Source of the DNA: Ruditapes philippinarum
Taxonomy: Eukaryota
Reading direction: 5' to 3'
Length of the DNA stretch: 64,000 nt
Assembly (NCBI RefSeq): GCF_026571515.1
Contig: NW_026860215.1
Location: 1-64,000 of the forward strand
Both the position numbers and the translations under genes were made by a program. This document shows, piece after piece, positions 50,283-64,000 of the stretch (the stretch's first letter is position 1; each line of letters opens with the position of its first letter). The notes under the pieces are model-generated. The model worked only from the letters and a program-made list of their open reading frames with translations, was not told the origin of the DNA and did no database searches.

Positions 50283-52204
50283 ATGTTAAATGCGGAACAA
50301 GATTGATAAAAGATAGAAAGAATATTTTGGTAATTTCTTATTATCTTTTTTTCTACTTTAATCTATGTGTTTAACAAGAGTTTGTAGGCATTACCCATTA
50401 ACAATTTCATAATGAGAACTCATTATTATTAATAATTATGTTTCGACATGTATTTTCTTTAAAAAATAACGTTTTTATTTGAATGACTTGTGTTGATGAT
50501 AATTTATTGTGTGTCACCTGTCGACATCCTTTTTTAACAGTGACACCAGGTCGACTATGACCTTAACCCTCGTTTACAGTACGGTTCTGGCGATTCGATA
50601 ACTTTTGCCTGGGTTTATTTGTCCAAAATTTATCTCCATTTCAAGGGTTTTTTTTGGGCAAAATACAACTTTTAAAGGGATCCGTTTTTGGGCCCTTTGG
50701 GCGACGAAAAAAGGTTTTCCCCAAAGGGGGCGAAAATTTAACTGCTTTGGACCAAAAAAATGCTGACATGTATATTTGCTGTTTCCCGGGGGGATACGGG
50801 TTTTTTTTGTACAGTCTTTCCCCAAAAATCTGTTTCTTTCTTTAAAAATGCAAAAAATGACACCAATTTGCATATTTAATTTAAAAAAATTTGATAAAAT
50901 CAATCTAATAAAAATAAAAATGAAATAAAATTAAATAGAAAAATGCACCCTTTTTGTGATAAATGAAAAATTTTCGTCATTCCCAAACAAATTTTTTTAT
51001 TTAAATTTTTTGGTTATATTACAAAAGAACACCTAACACGTGCTTTCTTTGCATTTTAAAATTTTAAATTTTAAAAGGGACAATTTTTAAAAAACCGGGG
51101 GATGGGTTTATTTAAAAGCTGAAAAAGGGGTTGAATTGATTGAGTAGATTAAAAGGTGAAAAGTATTAAAAAAAGGGGAAAAAAATGTTAAATTTGGAAA
51201 AGCACAAGGTGGGCAATTAAAAAAAAGTATTTTTTGTTTATGTTTTTTAAAAAATGTTTTAAAAAATGTTTTCTTTAAAAAAATTTGGGCAAAATGGGTT
51301 TTTTTTAAGGTTACCGTGTTTTTTCTCTTTGGTAGGTTTTTGTTTTTTTTATATATAAATAAATTTTTTTTGTTGTTTCATTGGGGTTTTTTAAAAAACG
51401 TTTCTGGCTATTAAACAAAAAGTGTTTTTTTTAAATTTAAAAAAAATGTGTTTGTATATTGTGTATTATTGTGTTTGCAATAATTATTTATTTAATTCTA
51501 TTTTCGTATTATAATTATGCAAATTGATACATTATATGTCAACGTTATGATACAAAACTGTTCTAAATATTATCACTGTGCATTACGATTATTCAGATAG
51601 GTAATCCATGCAGAACAAAGTCCTCTACTAATGACTTTGCTCTTTTACATTAAAAAAGATTGAACAATTGATTTATTTGGGCCGGAAAGTTATAATGCAT
51701 ACATTCCTATAGCATCAGAAAAAAGTTAACAAAGATATTTGACATGTCTAATTTGTTAGCGTATCAATTTATTTGAAAGCAAAACGCTTTCACGTTGATG
51801 CACAACTGGAAATATGAAAGTGTATCTTTTAAGCAAAAGCATATGTTTTAACAACAATAATTTAATCTGGAACAGGGCACTTGTAAAATCTGTAAATAAG
51901 ATGGAAGCCACTTCTATTAACAAAATTCACAGTATTTAGAAATGGTTGTCAATTACGTGTAAGAAGTATAATTTATAATAAAAGTAGTCATATAAGTCTT
52001 ATTTTGCATGTAAAATGTGCAGCGTTAGATTATACTTATTTGAGAACTTTTTACCGCTCATCAGCAACCCTGATTGTGACTTTGTCACTTAAGTGTTGTT
52101 ATATTTTTCTGGTCCATTGGTATCATTGATGCCATAAGTATTGATTGTTGAGAATTGAGTACCGCTCAAGCCGGTGCTAGGGGACATGAGGGTTGTTGCA
52201 CGTT

Positions 52205-52285
52205 TTCACCCTCATGTACAGACTCAATCAAACTGAGTCTGCAATTTTCATGTAATTTGTTGTGATTAATGCTTCCGAGGGATCA
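52205..52285 (+). repeat. Dispersed repeat, second copy at ~56075-56151
   Basis: cctcatgt.cagac..aatcaaac.gagtctgca.tttt..gt.att.tgttgtgat.aatgc.tccgagggatca occurs at both sites. Confidence 0.8.
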
Positions 52286-55200
52286 GTATGTTTCCATTAA
52301 TGGTAATAACTTTGTCAGTTTGATTAAAATTGCTGCAGAAACAAACTTTGTGTATTGTTTTTATTGACATATTAGATTTATAACTGTATCTACCAGAACT
52401 ACTTTTGTAATTTAAAATGTTCATTTTTGGATAAACCACAACCATTTTGTATTTAAGCCGCACTTCTTCATATGCAACACTCTTAAAATGTAAGATAAAT
52501 GTGTACAATTGTTCAACAATTATCTACATGATTGTATAATTGTCTATGAGGTATACTGATTATTGATTAAATACATTTTAATTGTTAAACATGTTAAAGC
52601 AAGGTTACTTCATTAAATTAAAACGCATTTGTTGATTTTCGGCAATTGTAATTATCTTAATATGTATTAAATAAGTTCCCTTACAGCAAACTGAAATAAT
52701 GTATTCTTATATTAAACATTTGGTTATCAACCTCTTTGTAAAGCACAAAACCATAAAGAATCTTTTGAATAACACTTGACAAAATTTTAGCCATTTTTAG
52801 CAGAATAGCAGAAAACAGTTTACCTTATGCTTATTTTAGTATTCGTAACATATTCACTTATTCAATTTGTTGACATTTTCTGATAGAAATTATAATAGTT
52901 TAGTTATCGGAATGCATTTGAAATGATGTTTTATTTTTTCTTAAAACTACGGACTGTGTATGTCTGCACAATAATAACATTGGAAGCAATACATTGAAAG
53001 TCCTCGAAATTTCTATTTTATTGTAAACAAGCACTTCTTTATAAGAGTGCTATCAATAGCACATAAAAACTACATTGTGTGTGAGATTCTATTTCAATCT
53101 TTACTTTATCATTTATTGCATTCTTATCACTAAATGAAATTTAATTTTGCCTGATTCATCACCAGAATTTAAAGAATAGAAACAGGTCTGCATAAATAGA
53201 AACATGTCCGCATAAATCACTTGATCAGGAGTCAAGAACTAATGAACATTTCTTTATTGAACATTGCGGTTCGATGAACATCGTAGAAAACAGTTTATTG
53301 GATTTACTTTCTGGTTTCGTTTGATTTAAATATAGTTTGCGTTTGACTTTAAATCACACACAGTGTAAAAGAAAATGTAATTTATACTAAGCTTATGATG
53401 TTATAATTTATTGAACCTTCTCTCGCTGTTGGAGGCGTAAATTGAACAATTTTGTGGAAGTCGCGACATCTCAACCATATTAAAGTCAAGCTGTTTAACA
53501 GATATTTTTCGTGTCGATTATGACATTTGCACAAAAAAAACATGACAAAAATGGCTCTTCATAAATATGGAGGAGGAACAAAAGCCTAAAAAATGTATGC
53601 CTAATTAGTTGCTGGATAAGAAAGACTCACCAAGAACTCATAAGGTAGTTGGAAGGTGTCTTTACAAAAAAACAACGAAAAGTTTGTTTCGGAGTAGCGA
53701 TTTAAAGCGAGCAACCATGTCAAAGCATGCAATATGATGCCCTTTCATGTTACTTCGTTATGCTTTCCATTTTCAAAATCATTTCTGAAGCGTAATTTAT
53801 GCCAATATAAATGCGCTTTCGTTCGAGTAATATATAAACATATAGTTTACATGAATAGATATTCAAATAAATCTATATATCAATACGTAATGTTGCAATT
53901 AAAAGTATACAGAACAGTGAACATTTTGTTAGAATTTTTTTTTTCAATGGAATGTGGTGTTTGAGCTCACACATATAATATAGGAACTGTAGACAAGGCG
54001 AATGGGTCGATAAAAATATTTGAGTATATTTGATACTGAACAGCGTAATGAAATGTCTGTAAAATCATTACAGATGTTGTCTTTATGATTCCAAATAATA
54101 ATTATTCAGCACGCTGGGCTGTCATTTTGCAAAATAAGTTTGCAGATGGTTCTTAATTCACAATTTCACCATTTTTATGTTTAAATGTTGGATTCTGATT
54201 AATACGAAGCTAGGGGGCGTGGAAGGTGACTTGCACTTTCCAGTAGCGTCCATGAACAGGCTCGATCAAACTGAGCATGCAACAATTTCAGTTTCGTCGT
54301 TTCGGGCGTTCTTTAGGACTTCCGTATTTTTCTATTTGATTTACGATCCAATTTACATAGAAAGGAAGCCCATTAAATGTGTTAACTATTTCAAAAGGTA
54401 TCGGAGAGAAAAAATAAGTGTCGTTTATTTTTACAAGACTAATTATTCAACTGTTTCTCATATAAAAGCATTACAATAACTTGTTGAATGAAATAGGTAA
54501 CAAGAGTATTGAAAACATTAATAACTTAGCCGGACTCATGTAGAAAAGGTTTAGAGTTATATAAGGAACATAACTTAACTTTTATGATCACCCTATATAA
54601 GGCGTTCAGCCAATTATTTCATAGTCAAATGTCAATCATCTGTATCTGTTGTATATATTCATTTATTGATTTGTTGGGAGATGTTTGTATAACCAAGCGG
54701 GGCTTTATAAGATAAATTTATAAGTGCCAGTAATCCCTTCTTAGAAAAAATAAAAAAAATATGATCTCAATAAAGATACGAGTATAAACAATATACAATG
54801 ATATTTCCCTATACTTATAACCAGATTACCCTTTATTTTTATATAAATGTGTAGTCACAAAATGCACTTTAGTTGTAATCTCTAAAAAACATACTGAGAA
54901 GAGAAATATTCAAGCAAATGATCCCGTTGACAGCAAGTTGCATTAATTACACGATTCAAATGACATATTCAAACGACATATTTTGTCTGATTATCTGCAC
55001 ATTCTTCTGAATTTTCAACAATTAATGGCCAATAATTGACACGCAAAGAAGTTAATTGCCACACTTGCACACTTAATTTGGTGGTTTTATTCTGTGTTAA
55101 ATTTGAAAGAATCTTCATTGAAATATTACAGATCCCGAGGCCTTAAATTCTATTTCTAGGTAGAAATGCTATAAATTCAGAAATAACTTAATTGTATTTA

Positions 55201-58200
55201 TAGCACTAGTTTGAATAAACTATAAATAAAATATATCATTTTGTTTCTCCCTCATGCACAGATATTTTCAGAAAGATACTAAATTAATAGGGTTTTGTTT
55301 CGTAGTTTCATACTTACATGATAACGAAACAAATCTTATTAAGTAACCTTCTGGGATGAACTGAAATGGTTTTAATTTTGGGAACACCTTGCATCCTTGC
55401 TGCCACAATTGAATGTATCATTGTCCTATTATATTCTTTCCTGAAAGAGAACGAACATTAAAATCCCATGTTTTTCATTTTGCTTGGTTTGTATTCACAC
55501 GTATTTTTGTTGTCAGTAAAAGTCGCGGATAATGTTTCGCAAGTGAAATATAATTATGAAAATGAACACGATTTTATAATAAAAATATAATAAAAGTTAT
55601 ATTTAATAAAAATATGCTACTATTCGACTCTTTAAGATTCACTTATAATAACAACTTTACATAATTTTTTAGACATTTAATTTTCTTTTTCATGGTGAAA
55701 CCCCTTTTTTAATTTTGGAAAATCGCCCTTTTGATAGAAATTTAAAAATTTAAATAAAAATAAGAAAATCGTAGGGATTTTAAATTTATTTTTGAAATTT
55801 TTTTTAAATATATATTAACCCTTTAAATTTCATGCTCCTCCCACAGCCTTCCCCTGATAGGGGAATTTAAATTTTCTTTTCATAAATTTTTGAGGCCCCA
55901 AATAAATGATATTTTACTTGTTTTTTACAAAAAGTAAACACATAAATTTAAAAACAAAAATTTTTCCCTGACAGGGAAGAAACTATTTTGGCCCTTTATA
56001 TCAACCCAGCTGAAATTTTGGGACCGTCTTTTGGCGGTTTTTAGTGGGCGGGGGATGTTCACCTTTTTTTATATTCCTCATGTTCAGACCAAATCAAACC
56101 GAGTCTGCAGTTTTGTGTCATTTTGTTGTGATGAATGCATCCGAGGGATCACTCTTTTTCCAGATCTTTAAACAACTGTTAAGATACAAACTATAGATCT
56201 TTCACAAACATTATTTATTTATATTTTTGCATAAAGAATTATGTTATTTAAAATTATTTTATGTAAGTCTGCACCAATTATATTTCAGGAATTTCAAGGC
56301 TGAATCAGTTTCATATATCCGCTGTCGAAATAAGTCAATTCAAACTCTGATCGCGAAAATGAATTTTTGCTTTGATTTCATATCTGTTTTTAGTATTTGT
56401 TAAAGCAGTGCGTGATGCTTTACGATAACAGCATTTTTGTTAGCATATCAAAGTGTTAACTACACGGTTGACAGTTGCAGTAACAAATTGAAATTGACAA
56501 GAAAGTTTGAAATATGGAGCGTTAACATAAATAGATTTGTCAGATTACATAAGCGTAAATAAGTCAGACTGATTTCGATTTTTTTTTGTTTTTTGAAAAC
56601 CTCATGATAATCATCCAACTAGTTTACTATTTGACATAATAATACTACAAATTATACTGACTTTTCAATATTGACTATATCATTTCTAACTCGACTATTC
56701 GAAGAAAAGTAAAAGCTTTTGTTTTTACCCAGTTCACACTTTGGTTATTTTTTGCGGGAGTAGTATGACACTTAACACATTTCTGCGGGAGCAATTCTAG
56801 CCCATAACTCTAATATAATTATGACCCTTTTTGAACTATGGATTTCTTCATTATCCAGGTCCTATGAAGCACTGTTAATAGTCGAGCACCTATTTGTTAA
56901 TGTTCGACAGTTATTATTGGGGTACTGAGACGTTTAACAGCTTCGCTAGAATAAAAAAGTGTGTAATGCTTCTACAAACACAGACGAGAATGAGAGTATG
57001 TACTACAATCGTAATAGTGTGTTTTATTGAATAATTAAATATGGCTGGAAATGTCTTTAAAAATTATTGGTGCTCATAGGACAAATGTAATTTGTGTTCA
57101 TATATTATAACAAATAAACAATTCGTACTACTGTCTGGGATTTATCCGTAGTGCAAATTAAACTGGAAATAAAATAAGTGCAAATATTTACAAAATTTAC
57201 TGAAAAAAATATAGTCAATATTTAAATCAGTGAGACACAAAAAGAAACTAAGTCTATTTTTTCTGATTATATTTCTGTGAACAATGGCGACACATTGTAA
57301 ATACATCATCAGATCATACACGCATGGAGCATACCTGCAAAAAGATATAGCTTATAAAGCAATTTAAAGATAGATGATCAAACTTTTAGTTTTCGCGCTC
57401 TAATTAAAATCATTAGCAAAAACCATTTGCATTGGACAAGCAGTAATTTAATTATCATGTCTTTATATATAGCCGGCCTCTACTTCTTTGTTGTTTTTGG
57501 GAAAGAAGCTGATGATAAATCTTTCATATTTATCAGGACTGACGCGAACGTTTAATCTAGGAGGTAGGAAGTAAGGTGTCATTTTGTTTAAACATTACAA
57601 AATACTTTTCTAATCAACAAGACCGTTTTTATATATCAATTTAGTAAGCCAAGTACCTACCCCTTTCTTGAATTTATTCTTCATCATAAGAAAGACCTCC
57701 TTTTGCAATGTATTTAATAATTTATTGGTCATTTTAATTATATAGCACATCCTTTTATTAAAACATCTGTTGAGAGTGCATTACGGTGTGATCTAAAAAG
57801 CTTTTAGGGACCATTAAATGTTTTTCATCCACAAACATACTTCGCCTAAATTTTAATATAATATTAAAAAGGTATAAGAACAATGCCCTAAATACTCATT
57901 GATTGACATGCTTGCATGAGTGTAAAACTGTAATAACAACATTATGTCGTGATTCAACTTTAAGTAAAGTAACCGAGTATGAATAGATGCCTTTCCCCTT
58001 TTTTGTTTTCTCTACTTGCCATTAATATTAAAATGTTGTATTTTTTGTCTAAAATTTATAAAGTTCTGTCAAAAACTGACCAAACCACACGCTTAAAATC
58101 TAAGTTGCGCTTTAAATAATCTTATGGTACATTGACATCTTATATTTAGTAAATTAAGTCAAGTTTCTATAGTTTTAACCTTAAGAAATGCGTTGGCTAA

Positions 58201-61200
58201 TTTTATCAATTCACATTTTTGTTTGATTATCTTTATGTAGAGTTTTCCGTCCAATGTAAACAAATGTTAAGTTTTTTAAATTCCATTTAATGCATAACAC
58301 CAATAATACGCATGCTTTCTTGATTAACAATCTGAGATGTATGCTATAATACCGTTCTACCGGAATAATAAATTATCATTTTATTTTGACTGATTTATTC
58401 TTGTAATTTTTTGAACAAATATGCTTATAAATTAATAAGTAATGCACTAAGCTGTTTTAACTAGATAAAAAACGTACTTTACTGTTGTAGAAAGTACGTC
58501 CACGCCTGTTAATGAAATAATTATCTAATTTGCATGTTTTATTTTCCATCAAAATTAATCGGAGTGAAAAAATGATGCCAATCATGATATATTTGTATAG
58601 GTACAATAAATACTTAAACATATCTTAGATAATATGCAATTAATCAATTAATATTTTGTAAAACCATCGCAACAAAATGTCTGTAAGGACGCACATGACA
58701 ACACATTTGTCTTTTTTCAGGCACACAGCGACGGAAAACTTTAACGCCATGCGCATTCTTCTATACAGCCAATGGCATGTATTATCTACAGAGAGAACAT
58801 AATGTAATTATGTTTAAGGTCTGTCAAAATTTCATCACAAATCAAAATCTTTTGTTTGACTAACAATATTATATTAATATATTAATGTCACATAAGAGGG
58901 ATCTGAAAGAGTCTTACAAGACTGTTTAAAAATGTTTTTAAAAGTGCCGTATTCCGGACACCTTAATGACGAGATTTCGAATAGATAAACGTTGCAATAA
59001 AAAATTGTTGAAACTTGATTACAAAGGAATGTAACATTTAAGTGGTGAAAAATTTTACTGTGACATTTTTAAGGAAACTTCAAACTACGGCAAAATCAGG
59101 CAAATTTTGACGAAATCCATTTTTTTATCATGCACTTTGGTATTATAGAATTTTAATGTACCTCATGTTTTTTGAGCTATGATAATTTAAGGTTACTTGA
59201 GACGGTACTGGATGACATTAGATAAAAAAAATATTTTGCAATTAAATAAATGAAATACCAAACGTTACGAAGGTACACATTTAAGAAGGCAACATGAAAA
59301 TTTGTCACATTTATAATCAAAGTCCAGATAGTTCTGAATAGTCCCTCGTACAAGGAAACTCGCAAATTACGAAAAAGTAACGTTTCGTGCTTGTCAAGAT
59401 AATTGATTATTCGACACGATTCCAATCATTGAACGCCGCCCTTCCTTGTTGATCTTGTTTATCATACATTTTGGTTTGATCATAAAAAATACAAATATAA
59501 AAAAGTTATTTTTCGTTTTTGCCGTAATAATCGAATTATTCAGCCTAATGTCGGTAATAATAACGGTTCACTGTCTTAGACATACTGATTACACCATTTC
59601 ATCTTTGAGCATCAACGGCCATTTATATTACAATTTTCACGTGTACATCATAAACATTGAAATTGATACTAGCATAAACGCTGCATTCAGTTACGTAGAA
59701 GAACACGTGCATTAACGGAAAGAGTCTCGTGACCACGCGCCGTTGTAAAACGATTTTAATATGTGTGACGTAGGGCGCATATTAAAACAGTTTACTGCAA
59801 TGACGGCCCTGGTATTTTTAGTATTCAAATCAGTCAAATGACATTCAACTAATACGTGGAAGGCATGGCTTAAGCAATAATGTCTTTATACCAAAAGTGG
59901 GTGACGAAACGCGGAACTATCGATTAAGATGTATACTATTATGCAAGAAAATGGCTAATGCATTTTTTCCGTGCATTAATATCTACAGAAAACCTCGGAC
60001 TTAATAAACCCTCGTCCTGCAAAAGCGAACTTTAAATGAGTCATCGTGCTTTTGTTATTTCTCGCAGTCGAACTTTAAACATATATTTTATTTAGCGATA
60101 AAGTCACAGTTGGGAATATGTATTTTCTTGCATATAACACAGTCATGACTCTTGTTTGTTCCAGTTCTTCAGTTTTCGAATTATGGAGTGTAAATCATTT
60201 CAGAACATTATTTCACTAGCCTATTACTTGTTTGTTGTACATGTATTGTCCACATAAAATAGCAACATAATTAAGTAACATTCAGTCATGAATACTTCGT
60301 CCTTTTGGTTCTGGTTTAAGTTTTTTATTATTTCAAACCGCTAAAAGTATAGAATAGATTGTTGGGTAATAACATATAGTAATAGACAAACCTTCGGCAT
60401 CAGGTTATGTAATCTAGATAAATTTCAATGACATCTACTTAATATATGCCATGCTCTATTTTGTACTATTATAATTCAATTACTTAACATGTATGGTAGT
60501 TATAACTTTTTACAATTACAAAGAAGCTAAAGTAATATAGAATAATTCACAAAAAATCATGTTTAACAAAGCTAACTATCCCCCAGACATGCTATTTTAT
60601 GACAAAGCTTAAGATGAATTTAGCTTGGAAAAAGTACTTAATCAAAGCCAATTAGCGTCATATTATTATATTATTAAGACAAGGTATGTTAAATCAGTCC
60701 TCATTTTCTATCTTTAACTGAATATCAGTATCATATAGATTTATTTATAGAATTAATGTCTAAAACAAGTAAGAAAGTTTGTAAATATGATGTGAGAATA
60801 ATAAAACTATGAATGTTGTAGGAAACTTTTTCCATGATAAATGTTTGTCATCTAAAATCGCAATTTTAAAGAATGATACATCTGGTTAAACTTATAGAGT
60901 GGATCATTTGGCTTATTCTGGTTTTAGATAATATATGTTTTGTTTCACATTATCTCCTTTATGCACTGTTGAATATGCTTTAATTTCGTTTTGTTACAAA
61001 GTCTTATGTTAATTGTGTTTGCTAATCATAACGCTTTAGTCATGTTACGTTTTTAGTTCAGTTCATCTTGTACAATATCATTATTATGTAATTATCAGTC
61101 TGCGAAGGCCCATGATTGGAAGTGTAATTTCTTTTCCGTTCTATTCTACTCAATTCTGTTTTATTCCATTCATTATTTACCTTTAGAGTATTTATGACTT

Positions 61201-61849
61201 TAAAACAAAAGTATCGCATTTTTAAAAATGTTTCTTATACTGTATTAACCACCTTATATTATGGAAAGATCTAGATTGCTTCAAACATAAATATAACAGA
61301 ATTGTAGCCCAGATAACAAACATATAAACTATTGAAGAAAAAGAAAGAAAATGTAATCTAGTGTTCTATAAGTAAACATCAGGGCACACTTTAATTTGTA
61401 TAAGGTGTATATCATGTAAAAACCATCGTCTGGCATAGTTAAATCTACTACCGATGACTAGATATTTCTTTTCATTCTTGAAAGTAGAACGGTGAAGTAA
61501 CATTTGAATTTGAAAGTTCAAGTACCTCATTAAAATGACAATCTGGTGTTATGCCATTAGATGTCTGAATGACATCTTTCATTTAGTTTGTCGAACATTC
61601 TTAGTTTTTGACACTAAATTGCTTTAACCTTGGAAAGTAGGAAACATGTCTTCTTTATTATAATGAATGTCAGTATAATTTTCAGTTTCTGCCTACGTTA
61701 TTTCTTTTAAAATTAATGTCTATACCGTATACCTGCAAACCTGTTTTTAAATTAGGAAAATTCAATGTATTTATCACTAGATCAGAACAAAAAAGCATTT
61801 TTAGCATTATTATTATATATTACTACCCCTCACTTTTTTCGTAATGCTA

Positions 61850-62745
61850 ATTTCCCATAGGCCTCTGGGAGTTATTCTTACTGTTAATGCAAGTGTACCA
61901 CGTGACTAAGAATTTTGTACTGTTACATAGGTAACAGTACTTTTTAACAGTATAAAATCTGGTCACGTGGTCTATTTTCTAAATAAAATGAAATAAAATG
62001 GCCGCCATTTTTTCTCGATTCATTCTTATTTTCGACGATAGGGCATCGCCGAAGTAACTATTACTTTCATAAAATTTAGCTCTTTGCACCCTAGAGTTCC
62101 TTTCGCGTAATAAATATCTTTTTGTTGAATAGTCAAAAGGAAACATCCGTTTTCAACGGAAGTAATTGTAATGTGAATAATCATGTGTCAAACTGGAACA
62201 TGCAGACGATTAAAGCATGCAACAAAAGATTATTAGTGAAACGTAACAGGTAGAGTTGGTGGACAGACATTTAGCATCTTAAGGATATCATCGTTATTTT
62301 CTAAATACACTTTGTCAAAAACCATGCGAAGAATATTCTGGAAACAGATGGATCAGATTTCACAGATCGTAACCGTGTAAATGGGTTAGTGTTTTGTTTT
62401 CTAAATAAAATCTAGCTTATTGTATGTTTATGATTTGTAGATATCATCACTTGCTTAAAGAATAAAAGAAAAAGGAAACTTCTCAAGTAGGCCTAAAGTA
62501 CACTTAAAACTTAAAAGGTAAGGACAGTTTAGTTATTGTTACTCTTGGTTTATTTTTGTTACAGTTAGATTTAGTTGACAATTTGAGATCATTACAGTAT
62601 TTTTGTTCGGGGTAATAAAATAAATAACACATGGGTTTGTAACAGTAAAAATATCATCCCTCGTAAAAATACTGTACGCCTCGGGTAACAGTATTTTCCT
62701 CATGATAAATTTTTACTGTTACCCACAAACCCATGTGTTATTTAT
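61850..62745. mobile_element. Non-autonomous long-hairpin element (same architecture as 1399-1760)
   Basis: Terminal ~125-bp hairpin at 62620-62745 (ataaataacacatgggtttgt...acaaacccatgtgttatttat, core aatactgt-acgcctcgggta-acagtatt). A second inverted site gtactgttac-atag-gtaacagtac at 61917-61940 is nested in accacgtgac...gtcacgtggt. Confidence 0.55.
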
Positions 62746-63538
62746 ATATTACATGTTTTTATGAGTCTAATATTGAAACGTGTGATTCATTTTATTTTTT
62801 CTTCGTTGTCATAGATTTTAAGCTTTATGTACAACTCCTTTCAATTTTACATATTTTCTTAATTCAATTGTTAGCGAGAATCAATAACAAACATCAAGTC
62901 GTCACGATTTTGTACATCTTTTTTCTCATTTTTATGTTCAATAAGTCCTTCCTTTTCAGAATATATCGCACTTTAGAGTTGGAACATAATAAGAAATACA
63001 TCTTAGAAAATTTCAATATTAGTGAATATGGTCAAGTTTTAACTTAAAGAGAAAATTTTTAAATATAAAAACCCTTCCCAAATTAATTTTCAAACAAAAT
63101 AAAAAATTTTTTATTTTATCTTTTCCTTTTTTGTAGGTGACGGGAAGTTTTAAAATAAAAAACAAAATTAAAGTTTAAACTAAAAAATACGGCTCCCTTT
63201 TTAGTCTTCTTAAAAAGGAATCAATTACAGTAACTTTTTTGTCGGGTCCAAACAACAGCCCGGGCAATTTTTTATCGACTTTTTTTTAGCCCTTTTTCAC
63301 ATTTTTAACTAATTTTAAAATAAATATTTGTAAATATAAATAATTCCCTAATCATTTGACACACACATGCCCTTTTATATTTTTAAAGAAAATGCTTTAA
63401 AGCATAGCATATTTACAAAAACCCCATAAAAGAGAGCTAAAATTAAGGAAAATACACTTCATATTGCATTACAATTGACAATTATAATCATCACAACAAA
63501 GATTTACAGTTTACAGATGTAACAGAAGCACCATCAAA

Positions 63539-64000
63539 CCCAGTCCTACTAAAACACTGCTAAGGACTGCTAAGGACCGCTAAGGACTGCTAAGGAGCCA
63601 CAAAGGACTACTAGGGAGGCATAAAGGACCTTAAAATACCTCCTAGGCATTCTTATAATACATGGTAGTATGTTTAGTGAAAAAAAAAAAAATTTAAGAA
63701 AAAATATTATTTTGGTGAAAATTTTTATGAGTTGCCTGACTGCTAAGGACTGCTCAGATACACAAAAGACTGCTAGGGAGGCACAAAGGACCTTAAAATA
63801 CGACCTAGGGCATTCTTGTAATACAAGTAGGATGTTTAGTGACAAAAAATGTATTATTTTAAGAAAAAATATCATTTTAGTGATAAAATTTATGTTTTTT
63901 GAAGAGTTGCCGGACCGCTAAGGACTGCTCAGGTGCACTAACAACTGCCAGGGAGGCACAAAGGACCTTAAAATCCCCCTAGAACATTTTTATAATATAT
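63539..64000 (+). repeat. ~165-175-bp tandem array with CTGCTAAGGA subrepeats, runs off the window
   Basis: aaaggaccttaaaat recurs near 63624, 63788 and 63961; a 10-bp ctgctaagga run lies at 63557-63596. Confidence 0.85.

Noticed and set aside
50574-50903. 109-aa ORF
   Set aside because: Lies in a homopolymer-distorted, probably low-quality tract.
58935-60080. CpG-richer segment with a palindrome near 59745-59795, possibly a Kolobok-like element or promoter
   Set aside because: No convincing terminal inverted pair and no associated exon.

Overview
AT-rich, repeat-dense animal DNA, most likely a bivalve mollusc. This is inferred from Meta-type tRNA SINEs, Helentron/HINE arrays with a GACCTTGACC motif and an intronless 'MAVSGKK' B-box gene copy. 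Three gene-like loci are supported. (1) A six-exon minus-strand gene at 11837-14754, largely missed by the ORF track. It encodes an N-terminal CBM20-like domain lacking the canonical starch-binding tryptophans, a putative LIR/AIM micro-exon, a 10-aa repeat linker and a C-terminal tail anchor, i.e. an STBD1-like parts list in reverse order. It carries a 1-bp frameshift and one non-canonical acceptor in this assembly. (2) A disrupted B-box/coiled-coil/beta-propeller (TRIM-like) pseudogene at 22900-24628. (3) A two-coding-exon class A peptide GPCR of the FMRFamide-receptor-like group at 35476-38318. The rest is mobile and repetitive DNA: a 4.2-kb foldback element with ~830-bp TIRs and a central ~283-bp array, a decayed RTE-X-like LINE, Helentron-type arrays, SINEs, TTAA- and 8-bp-TSD MITEs, long-hairpin elements, minisatellites, one N gap and three stretches that look like low-quality sequence. 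All calls were made by eye; no database searches were run.
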